64,000 nucleotides of DNA from NCBI GenBank assembly GCA_009777575.1, contig WRLO01000001.1:15493-79492 (forward strand). The letters are read 5' to 3'. Positions 25,370-35,037 of the stretch are shown in pieces; the first letter of the stretch is position 1, and each line of letters opens with the position of its first letter. A program made the translations under genes and the position numbers. The stretch comes from Candidatus Cloacimonadota bacterium. GTDB lineage: Bacteria > Cloacimonadota > Cloacimonadia > Cloacimonadales > WRIO01. The notes under the pieces are model-generated. The model searched no databases, had not been told where the DNA came from, and saw only the letters and a list, made by a program, of their open reading frames with translations.

Positions 25370-26002
25370 TTAGCTCCTTTCTAAATATTTTTTTATTTTT
25401 ATTATTTTTTTTTCAAAATCATTGTTGCTCATAAAAGCTCTAACCATGCATATATTCTTGGCTCCTGTCGATATGATTTCGCAGATATTATTTTCGTCAA
25501 TTCCGCCTATAGCAACAATAGGAATATCCTGAGATTTATTTAGGTTGTGAGAAATTGTTATTATTTGTTTTAGTTGATCGCAACCTACCTCTGGGTCTGG
25601 TTTCTTTTTTGTTGGTGTTTTAAAAATAGGTCCAAATCCAATATAATCAGGATTAAATTTTAAAGCGTTTAAGGCTTGGTCAATATTATGAGTAGAAATG
25701 CCTATAATCTTTCCTTTGGGTAATAAATCAACTGCATCCTGAAAAGAAATATCATCTTGCCCTAAATGTAAACCATCGGCTTCAGAAAGCAAGCAAATAT
25801 CAGCTCTATCGTTAATAATAAACTTGGTTTCTGAGTCTTTCGTGATGCTTTTTATCTCTCTAGCAATCGCTAAAAGTTTTCTGTCATCCAAGTCTTTTTC
25901 TCTGAGTTGTAAATATTTGATTTTTTGTCTGACACATATTTCAGCAATTTTTGAATAAGCTAAAACAGGGTTTGAAATGATGATATACAATCCAAAATCC
26001 AT
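25370..26002 (-). CDS. thiE: Thiamine-phosphate synthase
   Basis: 210 aa with YLQLREKD, GLHLGQDD, GISTH, YIGFGPIFKT and AIGGI. It lies 3 nt upstream of thiC. Confidence 0.92.
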   Translation of the reverse strand: MDFGLYIIISNPVLAYSKIAEICVRQKIKYLQLREKDLDDRKLLAIAREIKSITKDSETKFIINDRADICLLSEADGLHLGQDDISFQDAVDLLPKGKIIGISTHNIDQALNALKFNPDYIGFGPIFKTPTKKKPDPEVGCDQLKQIITISHNLNKSQDIPIVAIGGIDENNICEIISTGAKNICMVRAFMSNNDFEKKIIKIKKYLERS

Positions 26003-26520
26003 AATTACATCCTTTTATCAGCATAAATGCATCCTAACAATATTGGGGTGATATGGTAAGGTTTAATAAAAAACTCCGCTCATTTATGGAGAGCTATCTT
26101 AGGGCATATCAGCGTCCCTATAGAACAATCATTATTTTGTTCTGGGTTCATTAATTATAAGAGATACTTTTTGTCAAGTGATATTTAAGAAACCATTTTC
26201 TAAACTGGAAATTCTATAATAGCTACTTCCTATAGTTTTCAAGATGTAAATATTCAATGCTTACATTTCAAATAAAAATTTCAAAAATTATGAAACATCT
26301 TATATTTACAGAGTTATTTAATCCAATTGATAGGTTATAGTGTGTAAAAGCCAAAGAGAGAAAAATGGCTTTTAAAAGTGGGGCATATTGAAATAATCTT
26401 TATTAGAGGTAAAAACTATGAAAAGAAATGAAATTGCTTTCACAATAGTAAAAGCTATGAATGGTTATCTTTTTATGAATAGGGGAGAGGTGTATTCACT
26501 GTTTCTGGTGGAGGTGTAAA

Positions 26521-28503
26521 ATGATTTCTTTAAAAGCTAAAATTCTTTACATTACTCTTGTTTCACTTATTTGCCTTATTTCTACCTTTACCTTTTATAC
26601 TATTTTAGTGACTAGAGCATATCAAAAACTCCGTCTGGAAAATATCCGTAGAATTTTGAAATTTGAGACAGAAAAGACAAATAGAATGATCGCTGAAATA
26701 GAGCGTGGAGCCATTCAATTAGCCTCAAATGGATTTATATGTCAGCTTGCTCAGTCTAAAGAGATAGGAGAGCTATCTACTCTTGAATTTCTTCATAGTT
26801 TTCCAGCTGCTACTGGGGGGGGATTTTGGTTTGCACCGTACTCTTTTAATTCTGATACACGCAGACTGGGAATACACGCTTACTTTGAACTCGATGAAAA
26901 TAAAGTTTTACTTGATAATATTGAAGATGAATATGATTATCACGAAATGGAATGGTATCAGGAAATCTTTGATAGGATTGAAATGCCTTATCAGGTGACT
27001 TGGATTAAACCATATCTCGATGATACTACTTTTAAGACTGTTATTACTGCCGGAGCAGGGATATTTGACAAATCTGGAGAAAAGATAGGTATATCTATCT
27101 TGGATTGGGATATTGAAGAAGTGCTTAATGCTTTATCTGATTTAAAACCAACTAAAAATAGCATAGTAATGCTTTCAGACTTGGAAAAAAATAAAGTCCT
27201 GATCAATACATTCTGTCCATTAAATACAGATAATATTTTCGCTGAAACAAAATCATTAGAAAATATTAATAAATTTTTACCATATATTATTAAAAATGTG
27301 AATAAATATTGGTCTGGTTCTTGTGAAGTTTGCGTGTCTGTGGCAATGATAAACGATGAGATTTATGTTGCTTTTGAAAGGGTTATGAAAAATCAATGGC
27401 GTTTAATTGTTTATTCTCCTTTAGATGAAATCTTTTTTGAGTCCGACAATAGAAACAAGATTTTTACTTATTTATTATCTTTTATTGTTGTCCTCATTTT
27501 GTTTTTGGTATATTTAACTATAACAAAAATTATCTATTTGCCGATAAAAAAATTAACCTCAAGTGTAAATCAGATTTCCTTAAACCATCTTGATGTTACA
27601 ACTGATTCCTATTCTAAAGACGAAATCGGAAATCTTGCTAAAGCATTTAATAAAATGACTGCTGAACTCCAAAAATCTATAGATGCTTACACAAAAGAGC
27701 ATACTGAAAAAGAAAAAATCTGCTCTGAACTGAGGATTGCAGCTGAAATTCAATCTAGTATGCTTCCTTATACATTTCCACCATATCCTGAAAGAACTGA
27801 ATTTGATATCCATGCCATCATGCACCCTGCAAAAGAAGTTGGTGGGGATTTGTATGATTTCTTTTTTGTAGATGATAATACGCTTGCTATTGTGATAGCT
27901 GATGTGGCAGGGAAAAGTATACCTGCTGCTTTGTTTATGGTCATCACTAAAATCCTGATTAAACACAATGCAACTCCTGAAAAAAGTTTGAAAGAAGTAT
28001 TGGAAGCTGTCAATCAAACCCTTTGCGAAAATAATGACACTGGTATGTTTGTAACTTGTTTTATTGGCTATTTCAATCTTGTTAATTATAAATTTATTTA
28101 TGTTAATACAGGACACAATCCACCCCTTTTATCCATAAAGAAAAATGATTTATATTTTGATTTTTTGAAAACGAAACCTTGCACTATTCTTGGTTGGAAA
28201 AAAAATGCTATCTTTACGGAAGAAGAAATAATTCTAAATCATGGTGACATACTGTTTTTATACACAGATGGCGTGACAGAAGCTATGAACTCAGAGGGTG
28301 AGATGTTTACAGAAAAGAGATTGCAAAACATTTTAAATCATGCAGTGGTGAATTATTTTTCTTTATGTGAGGATGAAAATGATAAACATCATTACTGTCA
28401 GCCTATGAAACTACTCTCTTTAGTGAAACAAGAAATAGATGATTTTACTACTGGAACAGAGCAAGCTGATGATATTACCATGCTTATCATGAAAGTAAAA
28501 TAA
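26521..28503 (+). CDS. Membrane sensor phosphatase: Cache-like periplasmic domain, HAMP, PP2C/SpoIIE phosphatase domain
   Basis: Two TM segments flank a ~280-aa extracytoplasmic region. HAMP (PIKKLTSSVNQIS...IGNLAKAFNKMTAEL). SpoIIE motifs AAEIQSSMLP, GGDLYDFF, ADVAGKSIPAALFM, LYTDGVTEA and DDITMLIMK. Confidence 0.9.
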   Translation: MISLKAKILYITLVSLICLISTFTFYTILVTRAYQKLRLENIRRILKFETEKTNRMIAEIERGAIQLASNGFICQLAQSKEIGELSTLEFLHSFPAATGGGFWFAPYSFNSDTRRLGIHAYFELDENKVLLDNIEDEYDYHEMEWYQEIFDRIEMPYQVTWIKPYLDDTTFKTVITAGAGIFDKSGEKIGISILDWDIEEVLNALSDLKPTKNSIVMLSDLEKNKVLINTFCPLNTDNIFAETKSLENINKFLPYIIKNVNKYWSGSCEVCVSVAMINDEIYVAFERVMKNQWRLIVYSPLDEIFFESDNRNKIFTYLLSFIVVLILFLVYLTITKIIYLPIKKLTSSVNQISLNHLDVTTDSYSKDEIGNLAKAFNKMTAELQKSIDAYTKEHTEKEKICSELRIAAEIQSSMLPYTFPPYPERTEFDIHAIMHPAKEVGGDLYDFFFVDDNTLAIVIADVAGKSIPAALFMVITKILIKHNATPEKSLKEVLEAVNQTLCENNDTGMFVTCFIGYFNLVNYKFIYVNTGHNPPLLSIKKNDLYFDFLKTKPCTILGWKKNAIFTEEEIILNHGDILFLYTDGVTEAMNSEGEMFTEKRLQNILNHAVVNYFSLCEDENDKHHYCQPMKLLSLVKQEIDDFTTGTEQADDITMLIMKVK

Positions 28504-28540
28504 GGGTTTTATTACTTTAGTTTTAAAATGTAAAATAAAA

Positions 28541-29845
28541 TCAAAATAATCTTTCCAATCTATTTAACTCGTTCAACAACATTCTATCTATTCTTCTATG
28601 AGAATTTTCATAAGATGTAGTATCTTGCGCTTCTGCTTCAATTATTCTGTTATTTTGGAGTAAGTTTCCATCTTTATCTAAAATATTTATTTCTAAAGAT
28701 GCTTTGACATAGTAAGAACCTATATTTAATCTTCTCTCCTCAATTATTACTTTATTTAAATCGAGTATATTTATATAGTTTTGTTCATTTCCTATTTCCC
28801 AATTATTTAGTCTAACCATTTCGTTAATACGGTTGATACCCTCAGAAAAATTGTTTGATCTTATCCAAAATGAAGTCCCAGCAATATAAAGAATATTGAT
28901 TTCCCCTGAAGTATTTTGAATATATCTATTTATCAAAGAATAAAGAAATAAATTGTGTGACAATTGATTAGTCCTATATGTTCTTTCAGTATTTAAATCA
29001 AATCTAATAGTAAAATTATCATTAATACCCGATTGAGTAATAATTCTTATGTCTGAAGGATTTCTATTAAAACCTACTTTTAACGAAATAGAATTATTTC
29101 TATCTGCTATTTTTTCTACTCTTTGGTCATGATAAATAAAATTCAAGATACTACCCATGTTCGTTTTGATTAAAATATCAATTTCTTGTTCTCTATAAAC
29201 TATCTGTCTTGAAGGATAATCTATTTTAATATTTTTCAACTCATTAACAAGATAATCCAATTTAATCTTAGTATTATTTTCATAATACTGGTTAACTGTT
29301 TCGTTAAAATCCTCTGGATACATAAGATACATATCGATAGCAGATAATATATTATTAATGTCTTTGTTTTCAATAGCTCTTTGATAAATGTCTTCTGCTC
29401 TGATCCTTGTATTTTCTCTTTCCCTTTGAAGAAGATTATTATATGCAGATTGTGATAAGGATATAGTGTGTATGTATCTATTCCCTTCGGAAACATGATA
29501 ATCAGAATTATCGGCTATGGAAGTCAATTGTTCAATAAGTTGTCTATTGAAGCCTTGCCTAGAATCTTGCCAGAGAGAAAAATGTTCTTGTAAAATTTTT
29601 TGATATTCTTGCGATAAAAATTCAAGTAGTTTTCTTCTAAAGTCGTTTTGAGCTCTTAAGCGAGCATCATTGATGGATAAGGCTTCAATTTGAGTTTGGA
29701 CGATAGGATTTCTTGAAGTAGAATCATTCCACTCATCTAATATTTCTCGGGGTATGCTAAAACCCAATGGTTCTGATACTGAATTAACAGCACATCCAAA
29801 ACTAATCAAGATAAATACTAAACCTATCAGTAGTAATTTTTTCAT
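28541..29845 (-). CDS. Hypothetical lipoprotein (434 aa from the internal ATG)
   Basis: The ORF-track frame starts at 29905, but M21 gives MKKLLLIGLVFILISFGC (lipobox SFGC). This start overlaps the upstream FHA gene by 44 nt. Confidence 0.8.
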   Translation of the reverse strand: MKKLLLIGLVFILISFGCAVNSVSEPLGFSIPREILDEWNDSTSRNPIVQTQIEALSINDARLRAQNDFRRKLLEFLSQEYQKILQEHFSLWQDSRQGFNRQLIEQLTSIADNSDYHVSEGNRYIHTISLSQSAYNNLLQRERENTRIRAEDIYQRAIENKDINNILSAIDMYLMYPEDFNETVNQYYENNTKIKLDYLVNELKNIKIDYPSRQIVYREQEIDILIKTNMGSILNFIYHDQRVEKIADRNNSISLKVGFNRNPSDIRIITQSGINDNFTIRFDLNTERTYRTNQLSHNLFLYSLINRYIQNTSGEINILYIAGTSFWIRSNNFSEGINRINEMVRLNNWEIGNEQNYINILDLNKVIIEERRLNIGSYYVKASLEINILDKDGNLLQNNRIIEAEAQDTTSYENSHRRIDRMLLNELNRLERLF

Positions 29846-32036
29846 GCTCTGTGATTGATATAGGTGGTTTTGAGTTTTCTTTATCAACGACAATAAAGCC
29901 AACATCGCTCATAATGACAAATATATCTTTAGATTTGTCATTATCTTCTTCTAATTTTACTTTCCCCGTAAAAATGTCTATTGCCAAAGAACCATATTTC
30001 TTTAACCAAACAAAATCTGTATTGAACAAACCCTGGGTATAGTCTCTTTCTTTACAAAGGAGGTCTGTATCAAATATTTTGACAATTTTCATAATGGAAA
30101 GGGTTTCAAAATTTTCTATTTTTATTTCGAAAGCATTTGCTATATTGAAACATTCAATCTCTGAAATAGCACATTTTTCTTTTCTTTCAAACTGATTTTT
30201 TGGTTCTTTAGAATCTATTACAAAAGTCCCATTAGTGCTATTGTTATCTGTCAACAGTAAGTTTTTGAAGTCTAATGTACAGTGAGAACTAGAGACCCAG
30301 TCAGATTTAAGGACAATGTCGTTTGCATCCTCATCTCTACCAATTTTGATTAAATCTTTACCAAAGATAATGATATTTTTCGTTGTAAATTTATCAAGAA
30401 TAATCAGTTTATCAAAAGGTTTTAAGGTGCTTTCTTTGAAATTCATAGATTTTTCAATTTCATCAATTGTATTCAAATAATTATGAATATCTCCAATCTG
30501 ATACAAAGCTATAGTTGGCATTATGTCATTTAAGCTGTTTATAGCATCATATATTTTTTTCTGTAAAGCAATTTTAGCTTTAGATTCTGGTAATTGTTTC
30601 ATAAAATCAAAGTCTTTTTTCAAAGCTTCTATGATTTTGGGTACTTCATTTAATGCTTTAAAAATAGTCTTTTTAATAGTTTGCCAGTGACTAATTTTGT
30701 TTAAATCATTCATATCATAAAAATATGCAAGAATCTTATCAAAGAAATGGATCAAGTTGTTTTGGGTAGGTTTAGTGGCAAGATACTGAATGATTTTACG
30801 CTCAATACTATTTTGAAGAATTGTATTGAAATCATCTTTCATTCTAAGAAGTTCACTTTTTAGTTGAGTTTTAGTATTTCGTTCAGCAATTTTTTCCTCA
30901 AGATGTTTAATAAATCTAACTATTTCCTCAATCTTTTTTTCGCTTTCTGGTGCGTTGAGCAAATCATTTTCTATTTTATAATAGTGGATGATCGAATCAT
31001 TCCCTTGTTGGGAGACAAGAGTTTGTAAAAAAGTATATATTTCATCTGGATTTGGGGATAATTTATTAATCTCTATAAAATTTAGATTTAACAAGTTCGA
31101 GTTTTTATTTATAGAGTTTAAGGTATTAATTATTTTATTTTCGTCAACTTTGTTTCTAGGCAATGAATAGTATTGATAAATATTTACCCATTCTGAATAA
31201 TTCTCATTTAAAATACTATTGAGTCTGAAATATTCATCTCTTTTTTCAAGAATTTCTTTATATCTTTTTTGAATAAAAATATTTTCTAAAGGACTATAAA
31301 TGTCGTAAAATTCATTTAGTAATTTCAATAATTCATTTAAGGAAGGCTCATGAGCAGATAAAATCTTATCAGTTTCATTTTGAATATCTATCAAAATTTC
31401 ATCAATTTTATTTTTAATTATTTCTAATATATCTTCTTTAAGACTTGGATACATCTTGAAAGCAGAGTCATGGTGAGTCAATAGCGAACTTATCTGTTGA
31501 GTATTTGTTTTATTTAGTTTATTGTTTGGTTTATTACATATATCCTTTATTTTGATTAAAGTTGTATAAAGAGAGTGATATCGTGACAACATTTGCTTGT
31601 ATTTTTGTGCCATTGAGTGATTTGTCTCAGAAATAACTTCAATAGCTTGAAAAAGCGTAGTAAACGAACCAATAACTTTATTTGATTGATGAACATTCTG
31701 TTCGATAAAACTTAGGCATGCGTTTAAATATGTTGTTTCTGCTTTTTGTATCATTTTCTTGATTTCATTGTCTGAATAATTATTTTCTTTCAATACCCAA
31801 TCACAAAAATATAGAGTATTTAAAGCCTGTGTAAGAGCTTTGACCCTCTGAAAACCTTGGTTTTGCATTGCAAATTTCAATCTATTTGAAGCTTCATCAA
31901 CCCATTCTCTATTCAATGGATTTGCTCCAATAATTTGCTTAACAACCTTTGTCCCACTTGATTGTTGATAATGAAGTAAAGCCTTTTTGTTAGCGTTAGT
32001 TCTTAAATCACTTATTTTTAAAAAAATATTTTCCAT
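29802..32036 (-). CDS. Large helical protein with a C-proximal FHA domain
   Basis: 744 aa. FHA signature IGRDEDANDIVLKSDWVSSSHCTLDF...LLTDNNSTNGTFV. The N-terminal ~540 aa are predicted helical and match no family I recognise. Confidence 0.85.
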   Translation of the reverse strand: MENIFLKISDLRTNANKKALLHYQQSSGTKVVKQIIGANPLNREWVDEASNRLKFAMQNQGFQRVKALTQALNTLYFCDWVLKENNYSDNEIKKMIQKAETTYLNACLSFIEQNVHQSNKVIGSFTTLFQAIEVISETNHSMAQKYKQMLSRYHSLYTTLIKIKDICNKPNNKLNKTNTQQISSLLTHHDSAFKMYPSLKEDILEIIKNKIDEILIDIQNETDKILSAHEPSLNELLKLLNEFYDIYSPLENIFIQKRYKEILEKRDEYFRLNSILNENYSEWVNIYQYYSLPRNKVDENKIINTLNSINKNSNLLNLNFIEINKLSPNPDEIYTFLQTLVSQQGNDSIIHYYKIENDLLNAPESEKKIEEIVRFIKHLEEKIAERNTKTQLKSELLRMKDDFNTILQNSIERKIIQYLATKPTQNNLIHFFDKILAYFYDMNDLNKISHWQTIKKTIFKALNEVPKIIEALKKDFDFMKQLPESKAKIALQKKIYDAINSLNDIMPTIALYQIGDIHNYLNTIDEIEKSMNFKESTLKPFDKLIILDKFTTKNIIIFGKDLIKIGRDEDANDIVLKSDWVSSSHCTLDFKNLLLTDNNSTNGTFVIDSKEPKNQFERKEKCAISEIECFNIANAFEIKIENFETLSIMKIVKIFDTDLLCKERDYTQGLFNTDFVWLKKYGSLAIDIFTGKVKLEEDNDKSKDIFVIMSDVGFIVVDKENSKPPISITEHEKITTDRFSIYLD

Positions 32037-32553
32037 AATTTACCTTACTTGAACATTTTTACTATGTTCGGGTAAAGAAAATAAATATTTAAAAATTGTC
32101 AAGATATTCTTGATTTTAGATAGTTACTTAATATATGATACTATATTTAAATATGTTACATGAGTAATTTAGAAAATGAAAAAATTCTTATATTTAATAA
32201 AAAAATAACAAAGTTGTTAAATATCGAGACTTTATCATTAGAGGTTTTCGTATAGCGAAAAAAAAAGTGCTTTTTGATAATGTAGCTATTAAGTTTATAA
32301 TTTTCAGTTAAAACAAATAAAGTGTCTTTTGGGGTTAACATAAATTGAACAAAAAAGTGGATTCCGCTAAATACTAAAATATCCTAAACAATACTTCGAT
32401 TATTATCAAATTAATTGGCGTCCATAATTTTATATATTGGAAGTTTAAAAATTGCATTAATATAATTATGAGTTGCCTTAATAAAAAAAAAGTAGTTGAC
32501 ATATCAACCAAATTTATAAAATTGGCGAAAATTCAATTTTAATGGAGTAAAAT

Positions 32554-32880
32554 ATGTTTCCTGGAAATCCCAAACAATTTCAAGATTTACAAAAGAAAAT
32601 GCAGAAAATGCAAGCTGATATAGTTAAGCAGCAGGAAGAATTGGAAGCTAAGATATGGAGTGCTTCATCTGGTGGTGGCATGGTCACTGTGGAAATGAAC
32701 GGAAAATACGACATTCAGAGCATCAAAATCAATCCAGAAGTCGTCGATCCTGATGATGTAGAAATGCTTGAAGATCTTATACTTGCAGCAATCAAGGATG
32801 CATTTAAGAAAGTATCTAAAGAAGTAGAAGACGATATGAGTAGACTAACAGGTGGGATAAAGATACCCGGATTGTTTTGA
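32554..32880 (+). CDS. ybaB: YbaB/EbfC family nucleoid-associated protein
   Basis: 108 aa with QKKMQKMQADIVKQQEELE...GGGMVTVEMNG...IKINPEVVDPDDVEMLEDLILAAIKDA. Confidence 0.92.
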   Translation: MFPGNPKQFQDLQKKMQKMQADIVKQQEELEAKIWSASSGGGMVTVEMNGKYDIQSIKINPEVVDPDDVEMLEDLILAAIKDAFKKVSKEVEDDMSRLTGGIKIPGLF

Positions 32881-32929
32881 AATATAACAATATCTCACTC
32901 ATTTATTTCAAATAATAAGGGAGGACTTT

Positions 32930-33607
32930 ATCAGTATTATATCAGAATCATTACTTGATTTACAAAAAAATCTCCAGATTCTACCGGGTATTGGTGAAAA
33001 AACTGCTCAGAGATTAGCATATTTTATAGTGAGTTTACCTAAAGAAAAGGGACAAAGCCTTGCTAAATCTATTGAAGTTGCTTTAATAAAGTGTAAACCC
33101 TGTTCAGAATGCTTTTTATTGTCAGACATAAGTCCTTGTATTATTTGTTCTGATAACAATAGAAACAATGAGCTTTTGTGTGTTGTAGAAAGCTCTCGAG
33201 ATGTTTTTGCAATAGAAAACACAAAGGAATACAATGGGTATTATTTTGTTTTAGGGAATTTATTGTCTCCTATAAACGGAATAGGACCAAATGAAATAAG
33301 AATAAATGAAATGATGAAGTATCTTGAAAAAAAGACTTTTATGGAGATTATTCTTGCTATATCCCCATCAACAGAAGGTGAAACTACAATGCAGTATTTA
33401 GCTGATAATCTTGGAAATTTTCTACCTAACTCTACTCAATCTTTGAAACATAATGTTTTACATGGTAGTGAAGAAGTAGAACAGAAACAGATTATACAAT
33501 CCATAAGAATTACTCGTTTAGCCACAGGAATACCTTATGGTAGCGATATGGAATATACAGCTTCTAATACTCTTTTGAACGCATTTAAAAGAAGGTTTCA
33601 AGTATGA
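32930..33607 (+). CDS. recR: Recombination protein RecR (start probably a non-canonical ATC/ATT codon)
   Basis: The ORF-track start (GTG 33029) would delete the conserved HhH LPGIGEKTAQRLAY, which is encoded in frame upstream. There is no ATG/GTG/TTG between the stop at 32885 and 33029. GGAGG lies at 32920..32924. Zinc finger CKPCSEC...CIICSD and Toprim LCVVESSRDV are present. Confidence 0.85.
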   Translation: MSIISESLLDLQKNLQILPGIGEKTAQRLAYFIVSLPKEKGQSLAKSIEVALIKCKPCSECFLLSDISPCIICSDNNRNNELLCVVESSRDVFAIENTKEYNGYYFVLGNLLSPINGIGPNEIRINEMMKYLEKKTFMEIILAISPSTEGETTMQYLADNLGNFLPNSTQSLKHNVLHGSEEVEQKQIIQSIRITRLATGIPYGSDMEYTASNTLLNAFKRRFQV

Positions 33608-34944
33608 TTCCATCTACTCATTTTATGCATTACATTATCAGATCATTGTCATTTCTCTTGATATTTTCAATACTCAAATCATGCGGTAATCAACGCTCAC
33701 CGACAGGAGGTCCTGTAGATGAAACAAGACCTGAGATAGCCTATACTATACCACTTGAATTTGAGCCAATCGAAAATAACGAAATAATAATCGCCTTTAC
33801 AAAATTAATGGACAGAACTTCAGTCATAAATGGTTTAGTTGTAAGCCCAAACAATGTAAATAAAAGGCTTTCTTGGAAAAGAGGTAACCTGCATATACAA
33901 TTTACTGAAAACTTGCCAGAGGATACAAATGTCAAAATTTTTTTGAACCAGTCTATAAGGTGTGATAGAAACAATACCTTAGAAGAACACATAATTATGA
34001 CCTTTAGAAATGGAGAGCTACAGAGAAATAGTATTTCTGGCTATATTTTTTTCGAAGATTATGACGCAATAGCTAATTCTTTCGTTTCAACAGCAGAAAT
34101 ATCTCAATTGAGCGAAACTTTAATATCCTTGCTTGACCAAGACTCTCTACTCATATTCAATAGAAATATTTCAGAAGAAAACTACTATTTTGAGTATCTA
34201 AACGCTGGAAATTACACTTTAAGAGCTTTTATAGATTCAAATAAAAATAACAGATATGATTTTGGAATAGACCCCTTTTTTAGAACAAATTTTGATTTGC
34301 CAACAACAGAGCAGATAAATATAAATCTTGTAGTGGCAGATACAGTGAGACCCAATCTAAGCAATATTTTGAATCCAACAAACAATCAGTTAGTTCTAAA
34401 TTTTAATAAACCGCTTGTTGAGATGCCTTTTGTAAGAATTATTGACGATAGCACAAATACAAGTATAAATATTTTGCATCAAGAATTAGTAGACACTCAA
34501 TTATTCGTTGTTACAACTCAAATGGATACATTAACTTATCGGTTACAAGTTGGAGGGCTATTAGATAGGAGAGGTAATGAAAGACAAACTGTTACCAACT
34601 ATTTCGATTCTCAATCGTTATCTGACACTACTAATCCAAGTATCGTAGAATCTTTTCCCAGAAATGGTAGTGTTATCAATAGTTTATTACCTGAAATTAC
34701 TTTTTTATTTAATAAAATTATGTTTAATGCAAATGTAAGTATCTCCTTAAGAGAAATTGAAAGTGAACAATTGATTCCATTATATTCGATAAATAATGCC
34801 GGTTTTACATTAAGATACATTCCGCAAAACGAATTAAGAGAATTTAACTCCTATCGCTTGGTTTTACACGAAGAGACTTCTGATATTGTTGGAAATGAGA
34901 TAGAAGAAGATTTTGTGGTTCAATTTATAGTTATACCAGGATAA
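33604..34944 (+). CDS. Lipoprotein with SbsA-type Ig-like domains
   Basis: 446 aa, SILKSC lipobox-like signal, RPEIAYTIP...IIIAFTKLMDRTSV pattern. ATGA overlap with the recR stop. Confidence 0.75.
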   Translation: MIPSTHFMHYIIRSLSFLLIFSILKSCGNQRSPTGGPVDETRPEIAYTIPLEFEPIENNEIIIAFTKLMDRTSVINGLVVSPNNVNKRLSWKRGNLHIQFTENLPEDTNVKIFLNQSIRCDRNNTLEEHIIMTFRNGELQRNSISGYIFFEDYDAIANSFVSTAEISQLSETLISLLDQDSLLIFNRNISEENYYFEYLNAGNYTLRAFIDSNKNNRYDFGIDPFFRTNFDLPTTEQININLVVADTVRPNLSNILNPTNNQLVLNFNKPLVEMPFVRIIDDSTNTSINILHQELVDTQLFVVTTQMDTLTYRLQVGGLLDRRGNERQTVTNYFDSQSLSDTTNPSIVESFPRNGSVINSLLPEITFLFNKIMFNANVSISLREIESEQLIPLYSINNAGFTLRYIPQNELREFNSYRLVLHEETSDIVGNEIEEDFVVQFIVIPG

Positions 34945-35037
34945 AATTATAACGAAAATAGATTTTACATTTATTATGATGAGGGTTATTTAACTCTATA
35001 TAATATTTCATAAATACATGATTTCCTTAATAAAACA

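Noticed and set aside
26040-26125. Strings reminiscent of a TPP riboswitch (GGGGTG, CAGCGT).
   Set aside because: They occur on the plus strand, the wrong strand for thiE-thiC. CUGAGA and the ACCC/AGGGA elements are missing. On the correct strand the order of elements does not fit. This needs cmsearch to settle.
26418-26517. A 33-codon upstream ORF (MKRNEIAFTIVKAMNGYLFMNRGEVYSLFLVEV) ending 3 nt before the phosphatase start.
   Set aside because: It has a plausible AGAGG RBS. However, nothing beyond position supports it, the length is within chance expectation for AT-rich DNA, and it cannot be evaluated without conservation data.
27580-28116. A 178-aa minus-strand ORF inside the sensor phosphatase gene. 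Similar antisense ORFs occur at 40062..40412, 41088..41378, 42240..42539, 46061..46345, 48241..48582 and 60910..61278.
   Set aside because: All lie opposite genes with strong family motifs, have Phe/Ile/Lys/Ser-rich low-complexity products typical of AT-rich antisense frames, and lack RBSs.
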